Notes under the pieces: generated by a model
What the model was told of the DNA's origin: nothing
The model's database searches: none
The model's input: only the letters and a program-made list of their open reading frames with translations
In this document: positions 35,156 to 44,372 of the stretch, one piece after another
Layout: each line of letters begins with the position of its first letter
How positions within the stretch are numbered: the stretch's first letter is position 1
Translations under genes and position numbers: made by a program
DNA from: a virus
IMG/VR virus record: IMGVR_UViG_3300045988_179664
Span: 22,072-86,071 of that record
Strand: one strand, 5' to 3'
DNA length: 64,000 nt

Positions 35156-35812
35156 TTAGCCTACTGCGGTTTCGTCAGCAGGGGCCTCGGACTCAGCAGC
35201 AGAATCAGCCTCGGCAGTATCCTCAGAGGAAGCCTCCTCGGTGGACTCGGCGGCATCGCCATCAGTCTCAGCGCTTTCAGCCTCGCTGTCGGCAGCTTCA
35301 CCATCAACGGCTTCGGATTCGGCAGCGTTCTCAGCCTCGGATGCAGCCGCTTCCTCCGCAGACACAGAGGTAGACACCAGCAGATTGCCCTCGGCATCAG
35401 CCTGACCACAGTTGTACAGATATGCGAACGCGGCGCTCAGATTGTCGAACTTGGACAGGTCGGGAACTTCAACGGTAGAACCATCCTCGGCAGTCTTGGT
35501 ACCGTCGAAATGAACGCTGCCGTCCTCGTCATAGCGAACGGTGACAGTGTAGCCATCGCTTGCCAGAGCCTCGGTCATATAAGCGGCATAAGCATTCATG
35601 GTGGTCTTCATCTGGTCCTCACTCAGAGAAACACCATCGGGCATCTCAGTCAGCTTGCTGTTATCCAGAACCTCAACTGCGGACTCACTGGTCGCACTGC
35701 TTGCACTGGTAGCATCATCCTTCTTGCCACAACCAACAAATGCAGTGCAGGCCATTGCCATAGCAAGACACAGCGCAGCACCCTTCTTTACAGAACTCTT
35801 GTTAACCTTCTG
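35156..35812 (-). CDS. Lipoprotein of about 219 aa with a highly acidic Ala/Glu/Ser-rich C-terminus.
   Basis: Lipobox FVGC after MQKVNKSSVKKGAALCLAMAMACTA. AAAGGAGAAG RBS before the ATG at 35812. Confidence 0.55.
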   Translation of the reverse strand, partial: QKVNKSSVKKGAALCLAMAMACTAFVGCGKKDDATSASSATSESAVEVLDNSKLTEMPDGVSLSEDQMKTTMNAYAAYMTEALASDGYTVTVRYDEDGSVHFDGTKTAEDGSTVEVPDLSKFDNLSAAFAYLYNCGQADAEGNLLVSTSVSAEEAAASEAENAAESEAVDGEAADSEAESAETDGDAAESTEEASSEDTAEADSAAESEAPADETAVG

Positions 35813-35883
35813 CATGAGTAACTTCTCCTTTTTCATGTGTGTTTGTTTGATGTGCATAAACAAGCTTCATGCACTATGCTTAT

Positions 35884-35912
35884 ATTATACCACCAAAAAC
35901 ATAAATAGTCAA
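35884..35912 (-). promoter_or_regulatory. Class-1 promoter with TTGACT, 17-nt spacer and GGTGG-TATAAT.
   Basis: The minus strand reads TTGACTatttatgtttttgGTGGTATAAT. Confidence 0.55.
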
Positions 35913-35991
35913 CAAAGAATAGCGCCCCACAGATTTACCTGCGGAGCGCTATATGTTATCTCTTACGCGGAGTAGAGATTATTTCAGTTGG

Positions 35992-38900
35992 TTACTGCTT
36001 CTTTTCCTCGGTTTTATCCTCAGTCTTTTCAGCAGCTTTTTCTTCGCTATCGCCCTTCTTCTTCTTAACGATGACAAATGCGCCAACGCCAATCAGAGCA
36101 ACAACAACGATAACAGGAACGATGATGTCTGCGCCAAAACCAACGCCAGTCTTGTAGTTAACTACAACAGGTGCCGGAGTGGGAGCGGGTTCATTCTTGA
36201 CTACAGGAGTCGGAGTCGGTCTGCTTTCTTCCGGAGGATTCTCCAGCTTAACACTTGCTACCCGAACATCACCGTAGTTGCCTGCCTTATCGACTGTACG
36301 GGTCACAATGTAACCAGTCCAATCGGGGCTCAGCTTGAAGGTAACGTAACCGTTGTCCTTATCAATGCTTGTGACATCGACAGTCTCGAACTTGGTTTCG
36401 TCGAAGGTGTAATCGCCCTTAGCACTCTTGGCAATAGCAGAACCATTGACCTTGTAATACTGAATCTTAGCGACACCGGAGTTGTACTCGCCATCCAGAG
36501 CGGAAATAGCAGGAACGGAATCCTTGACCTTTACAACAGGCACGAAGTCGGGGTCTTCGGTATCGTCCTTATCACCGTTTTCGTCGGGAGTAGCAACGAC
36601 ATCGTTACCGTTTTCATCACCGGTCTCGTCGCCGGTTGTGAAGAGAGCGGGCTTACCATGAGCAATACGAAGCGTAGTGGCTTCGGTCTTGTCATCGGTT
36701 GTTTCGGCCTTCTCGGACTCGCTGGGAACTTTCTCCTCGGTACCGGATTCGGTTTCATCCTTCTTGTCGGAATCTTCCTTCTTATCGGTATCGTCGGTAT
36801 CGTCCTTCTTGTCGTCTTCCTTCTCAGGTGCCTTGCCGGTCTCTTCACCAGTAATGAACACATTGATGGTGCTCTCGAACTTGACGAACTTCTCGTTCAG
36901 CAAGTCGGTCTTATTGGTGGAATCAACCTTATCGGCAGCGAAAGCAGAAGCAACGACAGGAGCTTCGGTATCAACAGATGTGGTGATAGTTCCCATCTCG
37001 GTAATGGCACCAGTCTTCAGGTCAATCAGGTAATAGGTAGAAGCAACCTTCTCACTATTAGCGGAAATGACCATCTTCTCGGCCCACTCAGCATCGGTCA
37101 GGGAATCGCTGGTTCCGATTGCGTAGCCCTTAGGAGCGATAACTTCAACCTTAGAGTTGAAGTACAGGCCACTCAGGTCATCAGTCGTCTTCTTGGTAAC
37201 CTCAACAGGCTTACCGGTCTTTTCGTCAGCCACAGTACCAACGATAGTTGCGGGCTCTACATCGGCAAGATGCAGACGCTGAACTTCGAGGTCTCCGGTG
37301 GTAGGCAGGTAATTGTAGTTGTCGTAAGCGCCGCCAACATACTTGAAAGCGTCCTTCGTCAAGCCAACATTACCGAAGATACCATCGATGCTGGAAGCAA
37401 CAATGAGTTCGAAGGAAGGCAGCTTAACGGTTTCAGCAGTCTCGTCGAAAGCGTAACCACTGGTCTTGATTTCGGGAATCTCCGTCTTAGTGCCATACAG
37501 CTTGACGACGGGGTTCGGGTCGAGAGTAACCGTCAGGTCTTTGCGAGCGATAACGAACTGACCATCGGCTTCGTTCTTATCGGCATCGACGACATTGATT
37601 GTTACTGCGTAATTCTGCTCAACAGCAGCATCGTAATCAGAGGTAACGGTGTAGGTGTAAGTACCAGCGTTCTTGACATTCTCAGTCTTGAACTGGCTGT
37701 CGCTCTCCACGCCGTCATCGCCGCTGGCGATGTCAGGAGTCAGAGTCGCCTTTGCATCAGCAGTCAAGGGAGCAGTCTGTGCATTGTCGGTGGTCTTGTC
37801 GTTCTCGAAAGGAGTATAAACAAGTGCCATCTTCAGGCCCAGAGAATCAGGTTTGACAGCTGCACCGTGTGTACCGTCGCCATTGGTGGCAACAGCATTT
37901 ACGGTGAAGTCGGGGTTAGTGGTATCGCCATAGACGATATCCTTGGGCTCGGTGACAGTGACTTCGACCAGACGTTCGCCAATGGTATAAACGCCATTAA
38001 CAATCGTAATCAGGTAATCGTCATTGTCGTAAGAACCGACCATGTCGTATGCACCGTAATTCTTGACAGATTCGGGCACGCTCTCCGCAACCAGAGACGC
38101 AGCACCATCAGCAGACTTCATGGAAATCTTTTCAGCAACCGCGTTCTCAACATCCTTCTGAGTGATGCTGATAATAGCTTTCAGGTCATCGCCATTTACG
38201 ATGGTCTTCTTATCGGCATCGCCAGTATAGGTAAGAGTATTGCTCAGTTCAGCCATTTCATTGCCGTAGACAGAACCAACAGTGCCGATGGTCCAAGTCA
38301 GAGGACGCTGAGTGACCGTGTAAGTGCCGTTCATAGCAGTTACCAGATAATCCTGATAAGAAGCCTGACCGACACGGTGAGCCAGACCGGAGAAGGAAGG
38401 AACGATGTCGTAGCCTCCGACATGGCTTGCAGAAGTGACGAGGCACAGGTTCGTGCCTTCCAGAATATCACCATTGACCAGAGCTGCCTTGGCAGTGTCA
38501 CCAGTGTATTCCAGAACGTTCACGGTGCCGTAATCAGACCAATCTTCAACAGCAACATCGTCGCCATAGATAGAAGTCTGGGGTTTAGCGGTGACAGTGA
38601 TGGGACGCTTGTCGATAACAAAATCAACGGGAGCGTAAACAAAGGTGTAGTTGTTTGCTGCGGCATTCTCAACATTTGCAGGAACGACCTTGCCGGTACC
38701 AGCGTGAGAAGCTACCGTTGCGGGAGCTCCCTCAGCATCGGTGAAGTTGAAGGTCAGGTTTGCAATGCTCAGGACACCAGCATCATCAGGAGTAGTGTTG
38801 CCCTTGACGGGTTTCACAACGAATCCATCGAAAATCAGGTCATCGCCGGAGAGAACAGGGTTCTCATCGCCGTAAATCTTGCTCTGGGGAGCCAGAGTAA

Positions 38901-41900
38901 CATTCAGCGTAGCAGGAGTGATTTCAAAGGTGTTGTTTACGCGGGTGATGTTGAAGTTGGCATCATCGCCCTCGATAATCATCGGGTGCTTGCCGACATC
39001 TTCACCAGCATCGGTGCCAGCGTCAGGACGAACAACCTTCAGGTTTGCAAGGTCGCCTGCATCCTCGCTCACATAGTAAGCGCCGTCACCAGTTGCAGTC
39101 CAAGTCAGTTCGGGGTCAGCCTCGCCGTAGACCTTCTTCTGGCCTTCGTCAACAACCACGATTACATCGCGCTTATCGACATGCAGAGAACCATCAACAA
39201 AGACGATGGGGTCATAGTTCTTTGCGCCCTTGTTTTCCAGACCGCTCATGGTGATGACATAATCGCCAGCAGCAGGACGAGCAGGAATCTCGGACAGAGA
39301 ACCGTCAGCATTCTTGATGTTGTAGACAACCGAGCCAGTGAATGCGGAAGCAACGGTGTCATTGTTCTTCAAGCCAGTAACGGTGTAGCTGAACGTGGGA
39401 ACGGTGCCGCCATAAATCATGGAGTAACCGCCAGCCACAGTAAAGGTGACCTTAACGGGCTTGATGGTCAGAGTAGCAACTTCCATAGCTTCGGGCTCGG
39501 TGGTGGAAGAACCAACATCGACGGAAGTGCCGGAGCCAGTCACGATGGTGATGGCGTAGTTGCCGTACTTGTTGTACAGAGTGGAGCTGATGGGATATTC
39601 ACCGACATCCTCACCGGCTTTGCGAGTAACAGAGCCGCTCAGAGCACCAGTAGTCAGTTCCAGCGTATTCTTCTTCAGACCATCGTTGGAAATGTTGCCG
39701 GAAATCTCGCTGTAAGAGAATGCGGGGTCTGCATCGCCGTAATCCTTCTCGTAGTTGGAGAAAGTCAGGGTGATGGGACGAGGAGTGATGGTGATGGTAG
39801 AATCAATCACCGTCAGGTCGTAGTTGGCAGGCTGTGCGTAGATAGCTTTCAGAGCATAAGTGCCAACGCTTGCGGAAGCAGAAGTTGCACCGGAAGTCAG
39901 GGTAATGCCCTTAAGAATCTTTTCGGCTTCTGCTGCCTGAACATCAGTAGTAGTCAGCAGACCAGTGCCGCCCTTGATGTAATCCTTCACGTTCATAGAA
40001 GTGAGGGTCTCACCATAGGTCTTTTCGGTTTCAAGCAGGTTGATAACGGCAGTACGCTTATTGATGGTGAAACGAACATCATTGGTGAAGCTGATACGAT
40101 AGTTCTTTGCCATCGTCTGCTCATAGATGTTACCGCTGTAAATCGGATAAGTGCCAGCGTTCTCGCCTGCTTCACGGCTCAGACGAGCCTGTGCGAAGTC
40201 AGCCTTGGGTTCTGCGAAGCTGGTGGTATTGTAGTCGAAGATGACATAGGTATCGTTGACTGCAAAGCTGGGGTCAGTCTCGCCGTAAGTCTTGGACAGG
40301 CCATAGCGAGGAGTGATGGTCAGGGGCATCTGATGAACAATCAGCATGTTCTTACCATCGGGCTCAGACAGCTTAACGCTGTTTGCGGGCTGGTTATCCA
40401 GACGGAAGGTCAGGTTGTAAGAACCTGCATCGTACAGACCAGAAGCGTTCGCAGTAGCCTCAACGGCGATACGAACAACACCCAGAGAAACATCCTTGCC
40501 GTCCATCTTGATATTGACGGTTTCGCCATCGTGGTAAATCTGAGTGCCATCAGAGGTATTCACGTTGACGGAAACTTCCTTGGCGATGGTGTCGGGCTTC
40601 TTCTCACCGTAAGTAGTCTGCAGGGCGTTGAAGGTGACAGAGACATCAGCCTCGGTGACTTGGAACGTAGCCTGCGGAGCAATCGTTACGATGTAATTGG
40701 GGTTCTCATCATAGGAGATGGTAGCCTCATAGTTGCCAACAACCGTGGTGGGGTCTTCCCACTTGGTCAGGTCGATGTGGATGTTCAGCGGGCTGCCCTG
40801 CGGGTCAACCACATTGATAGCCTGAGAACCGGTCTCGTCATACAGCGCATAGCTGGGGGTGTTCTTACCGGCAACGCCGTACTTGCGGACGCTGTTGGTA
40901 GTACCCTTGATGGTGACAGGCAGTGCATTGATAGTCAGCGTACCGCTTGTACCATCGCTGTAAGTGCCGGTGTAAACGATGTTGTAGTTGGGGTTGGTGT
41001 AACCGGAAACAACAATAGGATAGGTACCGACACCAGTCAGCTTGCCAACGGTATTGTCAACGCCATACTTGATGGTGACAGTGCCACCCAGAGAAGCGAC
41101 GGTATCGTGGATGCCGATTTCATCGTTGCTTGCGAAGTTCTTGTATTCCAGTGCGCCGGTAATGTCGGCATCGCTGGGATTCTCGGAACCATACAGACGT
41201 TCACGGTTCGGAACGGTGATAGTCAGAGTACGCTTGGTGATAGTGTACTTATCGGGAGCATTGAAGGTGATATCGTAGTTCTTGGCGATTTCAGCAGTCT
41301 GGAACTGTGCATCGCTGTAAGCGTAAGAACCAACAGTCTCGCCGACCTCACGGGTCACAACGCAGCCAGCAAAGTCGGAGCCAACACGGCCACCCTTGCC
41401 ATTGACGGGGTCAAGAGTAAAGGCAACGCCGCCCTTGGCATCACTGTCGCCGTAAACCTTCGTCTGACCACCCATCACATTGATGGCGATAGGACGCTTG
41501 GTGACGGTCAGCTTGCTGTTGACAAAACGAACCAGATAGTTGTCGTAACGGTCGTAGTTCTTGCCATCGGCATTGGGGTCCCAGTCAGAAGACCAACGCT
41601 CCTGAGAAGCACCCTGCACAGATGCGCTGACGGTGTATTCGCCAACATTGGCAGTTGTAGGAGTGCCGCTGTTGCCAGCCGCATCTACCATAGTAAAGCC
41701 AAGCTTGTCCTCGGTCAAACCGATGCTTGCCTGTGTATCGTTCAGTTTGAAACCTTCGATGGATTTAATCTTGCCAGAACGAGCAGCACCATACATTGCG
41801 GACAGGTCATCGAGAGTGACAGTCAGCATTGCAGGATGGATGATGTACTTGCTGTTGATGACTTTGACGTCATAGTAAGCAGTGCATGCAGGGGGAACTT

Positions 41901-43944
41901 CGACAGTCATCGGATATTCGCCAACATTCTTATTGTCGATATCCTGACGCTGTGTTGTCAGAACCATGCTGACCAGCTTGTTCACACCGTCATCAGCGGT
42001 GATGTCAGAACCAGCGACAATACGCTTATCGGAGGCCACTGCCTGAGCAGCACCGTTATAAGCAACAGCGTCGAAGGTAATGGTGGAAGACTTGCCCTTT
42101 TCAGCCTCACCATAGATGGCATCAATCTGGTCGTTGGTGATGGTTACGTTACGCTTGGTAATTTCAAACGTTGCGGTAGCAAGGTTAATGTTATAACCAT
42201 TGATAGGCGCATTCGTCTGGATATTGCCGATTGTAACAGTGTAGCCACCTGGAGCAGAGGTGATGCTGGGCAGAACAACGGTGGGTTCACCGCTCAGACC
42301 AAGCATCTCTTTCAGAGCAACTGCGTTGGACTTGTGCTCGTTGTTGGTCTTATACTCGAAATTCGTCTTATCGGTATCAGACCAGCCGGTAATCACGAAG
42401 TCAACCTGAGGATTCTGCTGACCATACTGACGAGTGGCTTTGCTGCCGGTCGTCTGTACGCCATCATTGCCCTTGAAGACAAATACAGGAGTCAGGGTCA
42501 GAGTCTTTTCAGAAACGACAACATACACATCGCCGGTATTGGGCTGAATGTCGATGTTGTAGTTCGTGTTGCTCTTCGCGGAGGAACCTAAGATGATTTT
42601 GTAAGAACCGGTAGTGTCCTTATCAAAGTTCTCTGTGGTCAGAACATCCGCAGGAAGCAGGTCGCCGTCAACCAGACCACCATTGGTATCCATAACGGTG
42701 TAGTTAATCTGGCTGATGGTATTGCCCTTCGTAACATAAGTGGTATGAGGGACAATGTAAATCTGACGCTTGTTGATAGTCACACCCGTGTCATTGCGGA
42801 TATTCTTAGAAGAATCCAAGTTGGAACCGTCAATGATGGTGTAATTCAGACCATTCACAGTAACGCTTGTGGCACCTGTATCAACATAAGTCGGATAAGT
42901 ACCGGCATTGCAATGAATGTCTGTGGGATTCTGGCCGTCGCCGTCAGCCGGAGCATACATGATGAAGCTCAGACCGTCGATGGCTGCCTGAATATCCTTT
43001 TCGACTTCCTGAGAAGTACGGGAATCAGCAGTGCTGTATTCGATGGTCAGACCCTTAGACTTGAAGGAGTCACCGTAGGTGTAGGTAACAGTCTGAGGCA
43101 GAATGCGAATGACATTCTCCTGACCGTTAATCTTGGTATACTGAATACCAGTGCCTGCGGCAATCTGCTTACCAGTCTCAGCAGCGGTGATTGCCTGATA
43201 GTCCCCGATGACAGTCGTAGAACCGCCGCCATCAAACGCGCTGGCACCGCTGTTGTCTACGGGGTTTTCCTGACGGTCGCAAACCTGCAGATACAGGTCA
43301 GACATATCAAGGTATGCACTCATGACGGGCTCGGCGACCTGCTCATCCTCGCTCAGAGAATAATACATGTCTTCAATGGGTTCCCAGTCATAAACTGCAT
43401 CCAGTTCCTCAGTGCGACGCGTGACCATCGCATCAAGAACCGCGTTTTCCTTGTCAGCCTGCCATGCCTTGCTTGCAAGACCGAAGTTGTTTGCAGCAGT
43501 CAGAATTTCATCTTTACGGCTTACAAGGGCGTTAGCCGCATCGATAAATGCCTGTGCTGCTTCACTGATGCTGCCAGTGGTAGAAGCTTCGCTGGAAGTG
43601 CTGGTGCTTGCACCAGTATCAGAGGCAGCACTGTTTGCGTAGGCAGTGGTCGTTTCAGACCCCGCCTGACTTGTAGCCTCAGAAGAAACATCGCTCGTCA
43701 CAGAAGTGTCGCTGGACGCGGAACTTGCTGTGTCGGTAACATCGCTTTTCGGCGCGGGAGTAGTAGCGGAAGAGTCGGAGTTTGTTGTCGTAGTGCTGAG
43801 TGCATCAGTTTCCTTCGGAGCTTCTTCACTCTGCGTGATTCCACTCGCGCTCTCCACTGCATAAGCAGTGACAGGAGCAAACTGAGACAGGCACATTGCT
43901 ACGGCGACAATCGCACTCAAAAACCGCTTACGAGGTTTCTGCAT
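35992..43944 (-). CDS. Giant cell-surface adhesin of about 2650 aa. It has a signal peptide, a Ser/Thr-rich region, many MBG (YGx-type) repeats, and a C-terminal NYKTG sorting signal followed by a hydrophobic segment and a KKKK tail.
   Basis: Signal MQKPRKRFLSAIVAVAMCLSQFAPVTAYA with AGGAGGG RBS at 43944. Repeated K-x-YG-x-x-DP motifs. C-terminus NYKTGVGFGADIIVPVIVVVALIGVGAFVIVKKKKGD. Confidence 0.85.
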   Translation of the reverse strand: MQKPRKRFLSAIVAVAMCLSQFAPVTAYAVESASGITQSEEAPKETDALSTTTTNSDSSATTPAPKSDVTDTASSASSDTSVTSDVSSEATSQAGSETTTAYANSAASDTGASTSTSSEASTTGSISEAAQAFIDAANALVSRKDEILTAANNFGLASKAWQADKENAVLDAMVTRRTEELDAVYDWEPIEDMYYSLSEDEQVAEPVMSAYLDMSDLYLQVCDRQENPVDNSGASAFDGGGSTTVIGDYQAITAAETGKQIAAGTGIQYTKINGQENVIRILPQTVTYTYGDSFKSKGLTIEYSTADSRTSQEVEKDIQAAIDGLSFIMYAPADGDGQNPTDIHCNAGTYPTYVDTGATSVTVNGLNYTIIDGSNLDSSKNIRNDTGVTINKRQIYIVPHTTYVTKGNTISQINYTVMDTNGGLVDGDLLPADVLTTENFDKDTTGSYKIILGSSAKSNTNYNIDIQPNTGDVYVVVSEKTLTLTPVFVFKGNDGVQTTGSKATRQYGQQNPQVDFVITGWSDTDKTNFEYKTNNEHKSNAVALKEMLGLSGEPTVVLPSITSAPGGYTVTIGNIQTNAPINGYNINLATATFEITKRNVTITNDQIDAIYGEAEKGKSSTITFDAVAYNGAAQAVASDKRIVAGSDITADDGVNKLVSMVLTTQRQDIDNKNVGEYPMTVEVPPACTAYYDVKVINSKYIIHPAMLTVTLDDLSAMYGAARSGKIKSIEGFKLNDTQASIGLTEDKLGFTMVDAAGNSGTPTTANVGEYTVSASVQGASQERWSSDWDPNADGKNYDRYDNYLVRFVNSKLTVTKRPIAINVMGGQTKVYGDSDAKGGVAFTLDPVNGKGGRVGSDFAGCVVTREVGETVGSYAYSDAQFQTAEIAKNYDITFNAPDKYTITKRTLTITVPNRERLYGSENPSDADITGALEYKNFASNDEIGIHDTVASLGGTVTIKYGVDNTVGKLTGVGTYPIVVSGYTNPNYNIVYTGTYSDGTSGTLTINALPVTIKGTTNSVRKYGVAGKNTPSYALYDETGSQAINVVDPQGSPLNIHIDLTKWEDPTTVVGNYEATISYDENPNYIVTIAPQATFQVTEADVSVTFNALQTTYGEKKPDTIAKEVSVNVNTSDGTQIYHDGETVNIKMDGKDVSLGVVRIAVEATANASGLYDAGSYNLTFRLDNQPANSVKLSEPDGKNMLIVHQMPLTITPRYGLSKTYGETDPSFAVNDTYVIFDYNTTSFAEPKADFAQARLSREAGENAGTYPIYSGNIYEQTMAKNYRISFTNDVRFTINKRTAVINLLETEKTYGETLTSMNVKDYIKGGTGLLTTTDVQAAEAEKILKGITLTSGATSASASVGTYALKAIYAQPANYDLTVIDSTITITPRPITLTFSNYEKDYGDADPAFSYSEISGNISNDGLKKNTLELTTGALSGSVTRKAGEDVGEYPISSTLYNKYGNYAITIVTGSGTSVDVGSSTTEPEAMEVATLTIKPVKVTFTVAGGYSMIYGGTVPTFSYTVTGLKNNDTVASAFTGSVVYNIKNADGSLSEIPARPAAGDYVITMSGLENKGAKNYDPIVFVDGSLHVDKRDVIVVVDEGQKKVYGEADPELTWTATGDGAYYVSEDAGDLANLKVVRPDAGTDAGEDVGKHPMIIEGDDANFNITRVNNTFEITPATLNVTLAPQSKIYGDENPVLSGDDLIFDGFVVKPVKGNTTPDDAGVLSIANLTFNFTDAEGAPATVASHAGTGKVVPANVENAAANNYTFVYAPVDFVIDKRPITVTAKPQTSIYGDDVAVEDWSDYGTVNVLEYTGDTAKAALVNGDILEGTNLCLVTSASHVGGYDIVPSFSGLAHRVGQASYQDYLVTAMNGTYTVTQRPLTWTIGTVGSVYGNEMAELSNTLTYTGDADKKTIVNGDDLKAIISITQKDVENAVAEKISMKSADGAASLVAESVPESVKNYGAYDMVGSYDNDDYLITIVNGVYTIGERLVEVTVTEPKDIVYGDTTNPDFTVNAVATNGDGTHGAAVKPDSLGLKMALVYTPFENDKTTDNAQTAPLTADAKATLTPDIASGDDGVESDSQFKTENVKNAGTYTYTVTSDYDAAVEQNYAVTINVVDADKNEADGQFVIARKDLTVTLDPNPVVKLYGTKTEIPEIKTSGYAFDETAETVKLPSFELIVASSIDGIFGNVGLTKDAFKYVGGAYDNYNYLPTTGDLEVQRLHLADVEPATIVGTVADEKTGKPVEVTKKTTDDLSGLYFNSKVEVIAPKGYAIGTSDSLTDAEWAEKMVISANSEKVASTYYLIDLKTGAITEMGTITTSVDTEAPVVASAFAADKVDSTNKTDLLNEKFVKFESTINVFITGEETGKAPEKEDDKKDDTDDTDKKEDSDKKDETESGTEEKVPSESEKAETTDDKTEATTLRIAHGKPALFTTGDETGDENGNDVVATPDENGDKDDTEDPDFVPVVKVKDSVPAISALDGEYNSGVAKIQYYKVNGSAIAKSAKGDYTFDETKFETVDVTSIDKDNGYVTFKLSPDWTGYIVTRTVDKAGNYGDVRVASVKLENPPEESRPTPTPVVKNEPAPTPAPVVVNYKTGVGFGADIIVPVIVVVALIGVGAFVIVKKKKGDSEEKAAEKTEDKTEEKKQ

Positions 43945-44261
43945 GTTAGTTGCCCTCCTAATAATGTGAGTGTTCTGTGGTTTTACCACAGCCGGATTTA
44001 TATACACCCTTACCTACTCCCTAGTGTGCAGCCTCGATTGTAGATAAGAAAGTATATCAAAACACAAGCAATCAAATTGCATATTTACAATATGCCACAA
44101 AAAGACAGAAAAGTCAATCAAAAAATTTGGCACAAAAATGCCACCCATGAACGCATTCTCATATTTCGTATGGACATGGATGGTTGAAACATTAACGCAA
44201 AACCTGCTTGACTATAGCTATTATTTGTTCTGAGAAATTTGATGCTGTATTTATATCTATT

Positions 44262-44289
44262 ATATTACTTACTTTGCAGCAACGGTCAA
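44262..44289 (-). promoter_or_regulatory. Class-2 promoter F. It has -35 TTGACC, spacer GTTGCTGCAAAGTAAG and -10 TAATAT. It drives the 2650-aa adhesin gene with a leader of about 300 nt.
   Basis: Member of the motif family. Confidence 0.5.
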
Positions 44290-44320
44290 TAATTATTCTG
44301 AAAATTAGAAGCTTTTTACG

Positions 44321-44344
44321 CAAAAAAAAAGAGCAGCAGCTCTT
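44321..44344 (-). terminator. Rho-independent terminator of the giant DUF11 adhesin gene (AAGAGC-TGCT-GCTCTT followed by T8).
   Basis: 6-bp stem followed by TTTTTTTT on the minus strand, 30 nt after the stop at 44373. Confidence 0.55.
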
Positions 44345-44372
44345 TCGAACCACCGCTCTATTGTTTTACCGC

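Noticed and set aside
35953-42591. Plus-strand ORF of 2212 aa.
   Set aside because: It is antisense to the MBG-repeat adhesin. The product is low-complexity (V/G/I/R/D-rich), with no RBS, no signal peptide and no domain logic. It is a repeat-driven artefact.
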